Below the pieces are notes generated by a model. That model searched no databases, was not told the DNA's origin, and saw only the letters and a program-made list of their open reading frames with translations. A DNA stretch of 39,592 nt from an uncultured Bacteroidales bacterium (lineage in GTDB: Bacteria > Bacteroidota > Bacteroidia > Bacteroidales > P3). The position numbers and the translations under genes were made by a program. The DNA lies in NCBI GenBank assembly GCA_900321975.1, contig ONYC01000179.1:1-39592 (forward strand). The letters are read 5' to 3'. Numbering within the stretch: position 1 is the first letter of the stretch; the number at the start of each line of letters is the position of its first letter. This document shows positions 9,477-17,853 of this stretch, one piece after another.

Positions 9477-9484
9477 TATCTTTG
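9477..9484 (+). promoter_or_regulatory. Bacteroidota -7 promoter box TATCTTTG for the WG-repeat gene
   Basis: This is an exact TAnnTTTG match 28 nt upstream of the ATG at 9513. It faces away from the minus-strand box at 9384-9391. Confidence 0.55.
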
Positions 9485-9512
9485 CAGTTTGAAACACAAT
9501 ACACACCAAGCA

Positions 9513-10865
9513 ATGAAGAAAACGGCTATAATCCTCATTCTCGCAATGTTAGCCACCATTGGCGCTTCGGCACAGAAGCTCACTTACGAGAGCGCCACGC
9601 AGAGTTTCGGCTATAAAAACGACGACGGTTCATGGAAAATAGCGCCCCGCTACCAGCGTGCCGGCGAGTTCGAAGGCGGTGTCCGCCGCTGGGCTCCCGT
9701 GAAATTCGACGGCCATTGGGGATGCATCGATATCGACGGCAACATGGTATGCCGCAACCTCTTCCCTACCAAAGAGGTGGCCCAGGCCGCCGGCCATGAG
9801 TGGGAAATCATGTCCGAACCCGGCAAATGGGTCTACCCAGCCCGCAATGCCAGCGATGGCCGCTGGGGATTTGTCGACTATTACGGCCGTTGGAAATACC
9901 AGCCAATCTATGAGAAAGCCAATCCACACCAAGGACGCGACCCCAAAAGCTACGCATCTGTGCGCAAGGACGGACGCTGGGGTTGCATCGACGGACGCGG
10001 AGTAATGGTGTGCAACAACATCTTCCTCAGTGCCGAGCAGGCCGAAGAGGCCGGTGCCCAGTGGGCTATCGGCCGCAACTACTACACCTGGCGCGTGGCC
10101 GTCACCAACCCCAAGACTGGTCTCTGGGGATTCGTCGACTACCTCGGCCGCTGGGCAGTCCAACCTCTCTACACCGACAAGCGACCCTTCGGCGACGACA
10201 ACAACTACCCCTATACCCAAGTAGAGCAGGAAGGCCGTTGGGGCAATATCGACCGTAACGGCGCCATAATTTCCACCCCCATATTTTTCAAAGCCGAAGA
10301 TGCAGCCTATGCCTTGCAGCAGTTTGAGCATGGCCGCACCCTCGAAGGCTGGCGTCTGCCTGTGACCAACCCCGCCAGCGGTAAATGGGGCTGGGTCGAC
10401 TGGAGCGGCGAATGGCGTATCAAGCCCATCTACGAGGACGCCACCCGCTTCGCCAACGACACCGGCCTGTTCGCCACCGCCAAACTCGACGGCTACTGGA
10501 TGGCTATCAGCGACACCGGCGACGACCTCTCGCGCAACGTTTTCGTCCTAAGCATCGACGCATGGCATGCCGGCAACGAATGGGATACCGAACAGGAACT
10601 GGGCCACTGGCTCTGGCCTGTCCAGGAGCCCTCCACCGGTGCATGGGGATATGTCGACTATAAAGGCATGTATGTGATCCAGCCCACCCTCGAGGAGGCA
10701 ATGCCTTTCTCCTACGTCTGGAACAACCGCGTCGCCCCCGCCAAGATGGATGGCAAATGGGGTTGCATCGACCATACCGGACAATTCGTGGTGCATAACC
10801 AATACAACACGTCGGCCGAGGCACAAATCGCCGGCCGCCGCTGGGCCGAAGGACGCAAGTTCTGA
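9513..10865 (+). CDS. Secreted WG-repeat (KWG-type) protein
   Basis: The signal peptide MKKTAIILILAMLATIGASAQ begins at the internal Met. The ORF-track start at 9435 lies upstream of the promoter box. About eight recurring ..GRWG(C/F)(I/V)D..G..V.. units are present. Confidence 0.8.
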   Translation: MKKTAIILILAMLATIGASAQKLTYESATQSFGYKNDDGSWKIAPRYQRAGEFEGGVRRWAPVKFDGHWGCIDIDGNMVCRNLFPTKEVAQAAGHEWEIMSEPGKWVYPARNASDGRWGFVDYYGRWKYQPIYEKANPHQGRDPKSYASVRKDGRWGCIDGRGVMVCNNIFLSAEQAEEAGAQWAIGRNYYTWRVAVTNPKTGLWGFVDYLGRWAVQPLYTDKRPFGDDNNYPYTQVEQEGRWGNIDRNGAIISTPIFFKAEDAAYALQQFEHGRTLEGWRLPVTNPASGKWGWVDWSGEWRIKPIYEDATRFANDTGLFATAKLDGYWMAISDTGDDLSRNVFVLSIDAWHAGNEWDTEQELGHWLWPVQEPSTGAWGYVDYKGMYVIQPTLEEAMPFSYVWNNRVAPAKMDGKWGCIDHTGQFVVHNQYNTSAEAQIAGRRWAEGRKF

Positions 10866-10909
10866 CCACCGGAAACAAGCACCGTCAACTAACCACCGAA
10901 CACCAATTA

Positions 10910-12250
10910 ATGAAAACTCTTATCCATAATGCGACCATCGTCAACGAGGGTCGCATTTTTTTTGGCTCATTGCTGATCGACGGCGACCGTATAGCCGCAG
11001 TGTCTGAAAAGCACGACTTGTCGGATATGCCCGGCATTGCTGACAAATCCAACCTTACAACCGTAGATGCCACAGGGATGCTGCTCCTGCCCGGAGTGAT
11101 TGACACCCACGTGCATTTCCGCGACGGCGGACAATCAGAAAACCCGGCAGGCAACTTCGCAACTGAAAGCCACGCCGCACGTGCCGGTGGAGTAACGTCG
11201 GTTGTCGATATGCCCAACACCAATCCTCAGACCATAAGCCTTGAAAACCTCGAGCGCAAGGAGGCGCTTGCTGCACGCGACAGCGCTGTAAACTATGGCT
11301 TTATGCTCGGTGCGACGGCCGACAATATCGACCATCTGCTGGCCATCGAGCCGACCCGCTATGCAGCCATAAAGCTCTTTCTAGGCTCGTCGACCGGCAA
11401 TATGCTCCTCTCCGACCCCGATATGCTCGACCGCCTATTCCGCGACGCACGGAAACTGATTGTAGCCCACTGCGAAGAGGAGAGCGTGGTGCAAGCGAAC
11501 CTCAAGAATTACAAGCTTGAATACCAAGGCACCGACGGCGAGAACGCTTCGCTGCACCCAAAAATCCGTAACACCGAGGCCTGCTTCCTCAGCACCTACA
11601 AGGCTATCGAACGCGCACGCCGATACGGCACACGACTGCATATAGCGCATATCTCCACCGCCACCGAGCTCAGCCTCCTTTCGAATTTCGAGCTTGAGCG
11701 CAAGAACGTTACCGCCGAAGTAACGCCAAACCACCTGTTTTTCGACGACCGCGACTATCCCGAGCTGGGTAACCTTATCAAGTGCAACCCCGCCATCAAG
11801 AGTCCAGACGACCGGCTTGCCCTCTGGGCGGCTCTGGAGGACGGCCTTATCGACACCATCGCCACCGACCATGCACCCCACCCCCTCGAGGCCAAGCAAC
11901 GACCCTACTTCGATGCTCCGAGCGGCATTCCTTCCATCCAACATTCGCTGCAGATGATGCTCGAAGCCGCCCTGGACAATGACGAACTGCTGACCATGGC
12001 GGTCGGAAAGATGTGCCACAACCCGGCTCTGCTCTTCGGGATCAAGGAACGCGGATTCATCCGTCCCGGCTACAAGGCCGACCTGGTGCTGGTACGCACC
12101 GGCGTGGAGCAGCGCGTCACCAAGGAGAGCCTCCTCTACAAGTGCGGCTGGAGCCCCCTCGAAGGCCAGACATTCCACACCAGAATTGAACAGGTGTGGG
12201 TGAACGGTGCAACCGACGGCAAGGCCGAACCGCTGATTTTCACCAAATAA
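10910..12250 (+). CDS. pyrC: Dihydroorotase (amidohydrolase superfamily)
   Basis: It has the metal ligand motifs LLPGVIDTHVHFR and ATDHAPH, a GGVTSVVDMPNTNP block, and a typical length of 446 aa. Confidence 0.8.
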   Translation: MKTLIHNATIVNEGRIFFGSLLIDGDRIAAVSEKHDLSDMPGIADKSNLTTVDATGMLLLPGVIDTHVHFRDGGQSENPAGNFATESHAARAGGVTSVVDMPNTNPQTISLENLERKEALAARDSAVNYGFMLGATADNIDHLLAIEPTRYAAIKLFLGSSTGNMLLSDPDMLDRLFRDARKLIVAHCEEESVVQANLKNYKLEYQGTDGENASLHPKIRNTEACFLSTYKAIERARRYGTRLHIAHISTATELSLLSNFELERKNVTAEVTPNHLFFDDRDYPELGNLIKCNPAIKSPDDRLALWAALEDGLIDTIATDHAPHPLEAKQRPYFDAPSGIPSIQHSLQMMLEAALDNDELLTMAVGKMCHNPALLFGIKERGFIRPGYKADLVLVRTGVEQRVTKESLLYKCGWSPLEGQTFHTRIEQVWVNGATDGKAEPLIFTK

Positions 12251-12261
12251 ACCAGCACAAG

Positions 12262-12873
12262 ATGAGACTTTTGGTAGTCGACGACGAACAGGACCTTTGC
12301 GAAATACTGCGCTTCGACCTTGAATCCGAGGGTTTTGAGGTCGATACCGCCTCATCGGCCGAAGAGGCCCTTGGCATTCTTGCCACAGGAAGCTACGACC
12401 TCTACCTGCTCGACGTGATGATGGACCGCCTCTCAGGCTTCGACATGGCTCGGCAATTGCGCGACAAAGGCGACAACACCCCCATCATTTTCCTTACCGC
12501 CCGCGACACCCACGACGACCAGCTCGAGGGTTTCGGTGTGGGGGCCGACGACTATATCACAAAACCATTCGCGTTCGACACCGTGCTGGCACGCATACGT
12601 GCCGTCTTGCGCCGTGCCGAAGGCGTGAAACGAAAACCAGAAAACATCAAGACGCCCTCCCTTACCAAGAGAGAGCACCTTATCTACCAACTATTTACCA
12701 ATAATCCCGGCCGCTACTTCACACGCGAGGAGATACTGCATGCCGTATGGCCCGACGACACCTATGTGGGCGAACGCAGCGTGGATGTCCACATTGCCCG
12801 ACTTCGCAAAAAGCTCGGTGCCGAAGGTTCAAAGATATTAAACAAATCAGGATTTGGATATGGAATGGTCTGA
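12262..12873 (+). CDS. Response regulator, OmpR/PhoB-type winged-helix output
   Basis: The receiver domain has MRLLVVDDEQD, LLDVMMD and ADDYITKPF. The C-terminus has LTKRE...VW......RSVDVHIARLRKKLG. The start is taken at the internal Met just after the pyrC stop. Confidence 0.85.
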   Translation: MRLLVVDDEQDLCEILRFDLESEGFEVDTASSAEEALGILATGSYDLYLLDVMMDRLSGFDMARQLRDKGDNTPIIFLTARDTHDDQLEGFGVGADDYITKPFAFDTVLARIRAVLRRAEGVKRKPENIKTPSLTKREHLIYQLFTNNPGRYFTREEILHAVWPDDTYVGERSVDVHIARLRKKLGAEGSKILNKSGFGYGMV

Positions 12874-13708
12874 CTGGGCCGTATGGCTGCTGATTGCGGC
12901 CATAGCGGTGATATTGCTTCTCTACCTGCGCCTTGTGCGTAAAAACCGGCGTCTGCGCCAGTTGGCCGACGAGGCCAACCGCCTGCGCAAAGAGGCCACC
13001 GAGGAACAGCGCCGCAACCGCCAGCTCAAGCAGGAGATGACTTCGAACATAGCCCACGAGCTCAAGACCCCCGTGAGCTCTATCCGGGGTTACCTCGAGA
13101 TACTTCTCGGCAACCACGCCATCGACGAGGAGCGCCGCCGTCACTACCTCGAACGCTCCTACCGGCAGACCCTCCGCCTGTCGGATCTCATTCAGGACGT
13201 GTCGCTTATCAACAAAGCCGAAGAGAGCGCTGCCCTCTTCCCGAAAGAAAATATCGATGTCCACGCGATAGCCCAGGAGGCATTCGACGACCTTGCCGAC
13301 AAAGCAGCAGCAGCCGGCATCACCCTCGGAAACAATCTGCCCGCCGAGATGCCCATCAACGGCAACCGAGAACTTCTCTACGCCATATTCCGCAATCTGG
13401 CCGAAAACGCCGTAGCCTATGCCGGAGAAGGATGCCGCGTGGTTGTCGAAACCTACCGCACGGAGGGCAAGCCGGATACATACTATATCCACCTCTACGA
13501 CACCGGACGCGGAGTGCCCGACGCCGACCTTGCACGCCTGTTCGACCGCTTTGTGCGCATCGATTCGGGCCGCTCGCGACAGAACGGAGGCACCGGCCTC
13601 GGACTTTCCATCGTGAAGCACGCCGTCCTCTTCCACGGCGGCGAGATCTACGCCAAGAATCGGCCCGAAGGCGGCCTGGAATTCTTCTTTGCACTAAATA
13701 TCAAGTAA
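12854..13708 (+). CDS. Sensor histidine kinase (single TM, HisKA + HATPase_c)
   Basis: It has the H-box SNIAHELKTP, N-box NLAENAV, G1 DTGRGV and G2 GGTGLGLSIV. It overlaps the response-regulator gene by 20 nt. Confidence 0.85.
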   Translation: MDMEWSDWAVWLLIAAIAVILLLYLRLVRKNRRLRQLADEANRLRKEATEEQRRNRQLKQEMTSNIAHELKTPVSSIRGYLEILLGNHAIDEERRRHYLERSYRQTLRLSDLIQDVSLINKAEESAALFPKENIDVHAIAQEAFDDLADKAAAAGITLGNNLPAEMPINGNRELLYAIFRNLAENAVAYAGEGCRVVVETYRTEGKPDTYYIHLYDTGRGVPDADLARLFDRFVRIDSGRSRQNGGTGLGLSIVKHAVLFHGGEIYAKNRPEGGLEFFFALNIK

Positions 13709-13740
13709 TTAACACAGACACTCAATCTGTCTGATCCTGC

Positions 13741-13880
13741 CGTTCTTCGATAGTTCTTCGATCGTTCTTCGATTGTTTTTCGATTCGAATCGAAGAACAA
13801 TCGAAGAACGATCGAAGAACTATCGAAGAACGATCGAAGAACGGTGGTAGTTGATAGGTAGAAGATAGGGTGTTGATAGG
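13741..13880. repeat. Composite 11-bp-phased palindromic element, copy 1
   Basis: Positions 13741-13786 pair with 13787-13832: 46 bp with one T.G, centred on TTCGAA. GTTCTTCGA units start at 13742, 13753, 13764 and 13775. TCGAAGAAC units start at 13790, 13801, 13812, 13823 and 13834. GATAGG occurs at 13853, 13864 and 13875. Confidence 0.9.
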
Positions 13881-13985
13881 GTCCGGAAAGGCACTTTTGA
13901 AGAAAATTTTTATTTGCATACAATAAATAAAATCAAACCGAGTTATACTAAATTATAAAGCGAAACCAAAAAAATTATCACTGAT

Positions 13986-14735
13986 ATGAAGAAAATCTTT
14001 GCATTGGCAGCCACAGCGCTGATTTGCATGGGAGGCCTTATGGCCCAGAACACGTTCAAAGGCGTGGTGAAATACAAAGTGGAATCCACCGGCCAGGTGG
14101 CAATGACCATCCCCGAAGAGGCTGCGAAAGCCGAAATCAAGGTGTCGGGCAACGATATGTATACCAAGAGCCCCATCTTCTGCGGCGGCCTCACCGAGTG
14201 TGTTCTCATCCAGAACCTTACCCAGACTTCGTGTATGAACTACGGCCCCTATCTGAGCTATTTCCGCTCGCAGGACTTCGAGTTCACCTATCAGGGCGAC
14301 GGCAAACTGCTGCTCAAGCACACATATGAAGCCAGCGACTTCGACAGTGTGGACATCGTCGACACCGAAGCAGGCCACTTCTACTACGAGTATGTCGCCG
14401 GCGAGACCAAGGAGATTGCCGGCATGACGGCCAAAAAACTGATCCGCCACGCATACGACGACGACGGTGTGGACCACCCGATGGAAATGTGGTACAGCGA
14501 TGAAATCGGCCCGAAGATCAACATCCTTTTCAGCGGCATCAAAGGCATGCCCCTTGAGTGCACCATGGATGCCGGCGAAGGCAAGGCCATCACCTACACC
14601 GCCATCGAGATCGTCAAAGGCAAAGTGAAAGAAGCCGACTTCCTGCTGCCCGACGGCTACCAGGTGCTCAGCGAAGAGGAGCTCGACACCCTCGGGGAGG
14701 AGCTCAAAGAGGCATTCGAGCTGATGCAAGAATAG
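13986..14735 (+). CDS. Exported hypothetical protein
   Basis: It has the signal peptide MKKIFALAATALICMGGLMAQ, coding-like composition and an acidic C-terminus. I recognise no family with certainty. Confidence 0.7.
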   Translation: MKKIFALAATALICMGGLMAQNTFKGVVKYKVESTGQVAMTIPEEAAKAEIKVSGNDMYTKSPIFCGGLTECVLIQNLTQTSCMNYGPYLSYFRSQDFEFTYQGDGKLLLKHTYEASDFDSVDIVDTEAGHFYYEYVAGETKEIAGMTAKKLIRHAYDDDGVDHPMEMWYSDEIGPKINILFSGIKGMPLECTMDAGEGKAITYTAIEIVKGKVKEADFLLPDGYQVLSEEELDTLGEELKEAFELMQE

Positions 14736-14780
14736 CCAGCAGACAGTCATTCCAAAGAATAACACAATAAGCAACACAAC

Positions 14781-17336
14781 GTGGCTGCGTCGAAAAAGAA
14801 ACCAGCATCGAAATCCAAAGGCAAAACCGCATCGAAGAAGAATTCTTCGGGCGGCTTTGCCGCTTTCATAAAAAGCAAACGCTTCGCACATATCCGTGGA
14901 GCGTTCTACATTCTGTTCGCCCTCTTCCTGGTGATATCCCTGGTGGGCTACTACGCCACCGACGGCGGCGCCACAGGCCGCTGGCTGGGCAGCGCCGGGC
15001 AGGCGGTGGCCGAATTCTTCGCCATCAACCTCTTCGGCATCGGAAGCCTCGGTTTCGTGCTGCTGTTCTTCGTCTACGGCATGCGCCTGTGGGACAACCC
15101 GGTAATGCCGTGGTGGAAGACCTTCGGCGCCACCCTTTTCTGGATGCTCTGGTGCTCGCTGACATTGGGTTATATCGGCGGAGCATGGGTCAAAGACTCG
15201 GATTTCGAGCGCTTTGCAGGCATCGGCCTCCAGATGGCGGCCCCGCTGCACCAGTGGCTTCGCTGGTGGACCTTGGTGCTGCTGCTGTTTGTGGCGGTGC
15301 TTTTCATGGTGCTGGTACACAAAATGCAACTGCCAGAAGTCCATCTGCCCAAGGTGGACATGCAGAAAGCGGTGAAATCCGTCGAGCGAGGAATCGAACA
15401 GGTTACCACTGACCATACCGAGTCAGCCGACGCAAAGGCCAAGAACGACGGCCCTGTGATTGTGGACGATAACTGGATGAAGGGATACGAGGACACGCCC
15501 GCGGAAGAACCGGCGGCGGCCGACGACGACCCCGGTGCCGACTTCGACGACGAAGCCATGAAACTCTTCCACAGCAAGCCCACAGAGGTCGACGAACCGG
15601 AACCCGAACCCGAGCCTGCCGAAGAAGTCTCGTTCGATATCGACAAAGCATTCGAAATGGTCAACGCCCGTGCCCAAGGCACCGCCGAAACCACCGCCGA
15701 TGACGGCATCAACTTCACCATCGAAGAGTCGGGCGTACAGGACATCCCCGAACAGCCTGAACAACAGGAAGAACCCGAGGACGAGATGGAGCCCGACGAC
15801 TACCGTCAGCACTACGGCATCGACGAACCCTACGACCCGCACCTCGACCTGAAAGACTACCTGATGCCCGAGACCAACCTGCTCGAAGACTGGGAGGTGT
15901 CGAACGTCAAAGTGTCGAAAGAAGAGCTTATTGCCAACAAAGACCGTATCGTACAGACACTGCGTGACTACGGCATCGAGATTACCGACATCTCGGCCAC
16001 CCCGGGACCTACGGTAACCCTCTATAAGATAAAGCCTGCGCCCGGTGTGCGCATCAGCAAAATCAAGAACCTCGAGGACGACATAGCACTTTCGCTGGCA
16101 GCCCTCGGCATCCGTATCATAGCGCCGATACCCGGCGAAAGCAACGTCGGCATCGAGGTGCCGAACGCCAAGCCGCAGATTGTTTCGATGAAGACGATGC
16201 TTGAAAGCGAAGCCTTTACGAACGCCAAAGCCAAGATGGAGCTGCCCATCGCCTTCGGAAAGACCATCTCGAACGAATGTTTCGTGACCGATCTGGCCAA
16301 GATGCCCCACCTGCTGATGGCCGGTGCCACAGGTACCGGTAAGTCGGTGGGACTGAACGCCGTACTGGCATCGCTGCTCTATACCAAGCATCCGTCGGAG
16401 CTGAAACTGGTGCTAGTCGACCCGAAGAAAGTGGAATTCTCGCTCTATTCGGCTCTCGAGCGACACTATCTGGCCAAGATGCCCGACGAGGAAGAGGCGG
16501 TGATCACCGACGTAAAGAAGGTGGTCCGCACCCTCAACTCGCTCTGTATCGAAATGGACAGCCGCTACGACCTGCTGAAACAGGCCAAAGTGCGCAAGAT
16601 AACAGAATATAACGAGAAATTCTGCAAGCGGATGCTCAACCCCGAGAACGGACACCGCTTCCTGCCATATATCGTGGTGGTTATCGACGAGTTCGGCGAC
16701 CTGATCATGACCGCCGGCAAGGAGGTCGAACTGCCTATCGCACGTCTGGCACAGCTGGCTCGTGCCGTGGGTATCCACCTGATTATCGCCACCCAGCGTC
16801 CCACAACCAACATCATCACCGGAACTATCAAGGCAAACTTCCCTGCACGTGTGGCGTTCCGCGTCACTTCGGGCATCGACTCGAAGACCATCCTCGACAC
16901 CGGCGGAGCGCAACAGCTTATCGGTCGTGGCGATATGCTTATCTCGCTGGCCGGCAAGGATATGATACGCCTGCAGTGCGCCTTGATCGACACTCCGGAA
17001 ATCGAAAAACTGGTACGTTATATCGGCGACCAACGCGGCTATGCAGACGGTTTCATCCTGCCCGAATACCTCGACGAAAACGAAGAACCCAACAAAGAAT
17101 TCGACGCCAAGTCGAAGGACGAATATTTCAACGACGCAGCCCGTCTGGTGGTTGCATCGCAGTTCGGCAGCACATCGCTGCTGCAACGCAAGCTGCAACT
17201 GGGATACAACCGCGCCGGACGCATTATCGACCAACTGGAGGCCGCCGGCATCGTCGGCCCAAGCAACGGCTCGAAACCTCGCGACGTGCTGATCCACGAC
17301 GAGGTGAGCCTCGAAGAACTACTGAAATCATTATAG
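14781..17336 (+). CDS. ftsK: DNA translocase FtsK/SpoIIIE
   Basis: The start is GTG. An N-terminal 4-TM block is followed by an acidic Pro/Glu linker (EPEPEPEPAEE). Walker A is GATGTGKSV and Walker B is VVVIDEFGDL. The gamma winged helix is STSLLQRKLQLGYNRAGRIIDQLE. Confidence 0.95.
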   Translation: MAASKKKPASKSKGKTASKKNSSGGFAAFIKSKRFAHIRGAFYILFALFLVISLVGYYATDGGATGRWLGSAGQAVAEFFAINLFGIGSLGFVLLFFVYGMRLWDNPVMPWWKTFGATLFWMLWCSLTLGYIGGAWVKDSDFERFAGIGLQMAAPLHQWLRWWTLVLLLFVAVLFMVLVHKMQLPEVHLPKVDMQKAVKSVERGIEQVTTDHTESADAKAKNDGPVIVDDNWMKGYEDTPAEEPAAADDDPGADFDDEAMKLFHSKPTEVDEPEPEPEPAEEVSFDIDKAFEMVNARAQGTAETTADDGINFTIEESGVQDIPEQPEQQEEPEDEMEPDDYRQHYGIDEPYDPHLDLKDYLMPETNLLEDWEVSNVKVSKEELIANKDRIVQTLRDYGIEITDISATPGPTVTLYKIKPAPGVRISKIKNLEDDIALSLAALGIRIIAPIPGESNVGIEVPNAKPQIVSMKTMLESEAFTNAKAKMELPIAFGKTISNECFVTDLAKMPHLLMAGATGTGKSVGLNAVLASLLYTKHPSELKLVLVDPKKVEFSLYSALERHYLAKMPDEEEAVITDVKKVVRTLNSLCIEMDSRYDLLKQAKVRKITEYNEKFCKRMLNPENGHRFLPYIVVVIDEFGDLIMTAGKEVELPIARLAQLARAVGIHLIIATQRPTTNIITGTIKANFPARVAFRVTSGIDSKTILDTGGAQQLIGRGDMLISLAGKDMIRLQCALIDTPEIEKLVRYIGDQRGYADGFILPEYLDENEEPNKEFDAKSKDEYFNDAARLVVASQFGSTSLLQRKLQLGYNRAGRIIDQLEAAGIVGPSNGSKPRDVLIHDEVSLEELLKSL

Positions 17337-17339
17337 CTT

Positions 17340-17588
17340 ATGAAGCACAAAATCATAGCATTGACCGGAGCAGCCCTGCTTATCTTCACCTTGGCCGGAT
17401 GCTCGAAACAGAAAACCTGCCGCTGCTCGGTTCGCGGCACATCGACGGTGAGAATCATCAAAATCGACAAAGGCGAATGCACACAGCTGAGCCATCTGGA
17501 GTACCACTCCCCTCTCGACGAGCAGTTGGTCGATTCTCTGATTTGCACCGACTACGAGTTCCTTATTGATTCAATCTATAATGACTAA
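17340..17588 (+). CDS. Small Cys-rich lipoprotein (paralog 1)
   Basis: The lipobox LAGC is followed by SKQKTCRC, then IDKGEC and ICTDY. The gene starts 4 nt after the ftsK stop. Confidence 0.65.
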   Translation: MKHKIIALTGAALLIFTLAGCSKQKTCRCSVRGTSTVRIIKIDKGECTQLSHLEYHSPLDEQLVDSLICTDYEFLIDSIYND

Positions 17589-17592
17589 CGTT

Positions 17593-17847
17593 ATGGCCAA
17601 GAAGATATTACCCCTGGCAGCACTGATGCTGCTTACCCTCTGCTCATGCTCCAAGGAACGCCACTGCAAGTGTACCACCACCGATGTACCCGACGACGGG
17701 CTGCTCAAAGTGATGGTGATTGACCGCAGCCTCAAATGCGAGTCGATCACAGAAATGGGCTTCGAGCAAAAGATTGTGGACGAGAACGGTCAGACGCTTC
17801 AACGCGTTGACATGCACACCGTTTCGTGCCGCGACTACGCCGAGTAA
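17593..17847 (+). CDS. Small Cys-rich lipoprotein (paralog 2)
   Basis: MAKKILPLAALMLLTLCSC is followed by SKERHCKC, then IDRSLKC and SCRDY. The Cys spacing near the lipobox matches paralog 1. An alternative ATG lies at 17581. Confidence 0.65.
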   Translation: MAKKILPLAALMLLTLCSCSKERHCKCTTTDVPDDGLLKVMVIDRSLKCESITEMGFEQKIVDENGQTLQRVDMHTVSCRDYAE

Positions 17848-17853
17848 AGCATC

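Noticed and set aside
9435-9512. Longer N-terminal extensions proposed by the ORF track (9435, 12196, 27834, 33812, 34627)
   Set aside because: In each case an internal Met gives a canonical signal peptide or a domain start. The extension overlaps a promoter box (9435), the upstream gene (12196, 27834), or a tRNA (34627).
11435-13636. Minus-strand ORFs of 305-306 aa antisense to pyrC, the response regulator and the kinase
   Set aside because: Same reasoning: they lie entirely within genes that carry diagnostic motifs on the plus strand, and no motifs are recognisable in the antisense translations.
13741-13843. Possibility that the tandem 11-bp units are a CRISPR array or a simple microsatellite
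   Set aside because: The units are contiguous with no spacers and are far shorter than CRISPR repeats. They are arranged as two inverted blocks, and no cas genes are present. It is not a plain microsatellite either, because the inverted symmetry and the tail are conserved between the two copies.
13648-13923. ORF-track ORFs running through the 11-bp repeat elements (13648-13923 and 13722-13919 minus; 32685-33020, 32770-33009 plus; 32792-33088 minus), which encode repetitive SSIVLRSFFD-type peptides
   Set aside because: The repeat period is 11 bp, not a multiple of 3. The same peptide motifs therefore cycle through all frames and both strands, which is a by-product of the DNA repeat. There is no signal peptide, start context or coding-like flank. 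I treat them as non-coding repeats.
13953-15416. 487-aa minus-strand ORF antisense to the exported protein and ftsK
   Set aside because: It fully overlaps two plus-strand genes with clear motifs (signal peptide; FtsK TM region). Its translation is low-complexity and rich in H, G, A and R, typical of antisense frames in GC-rich coding DNA.
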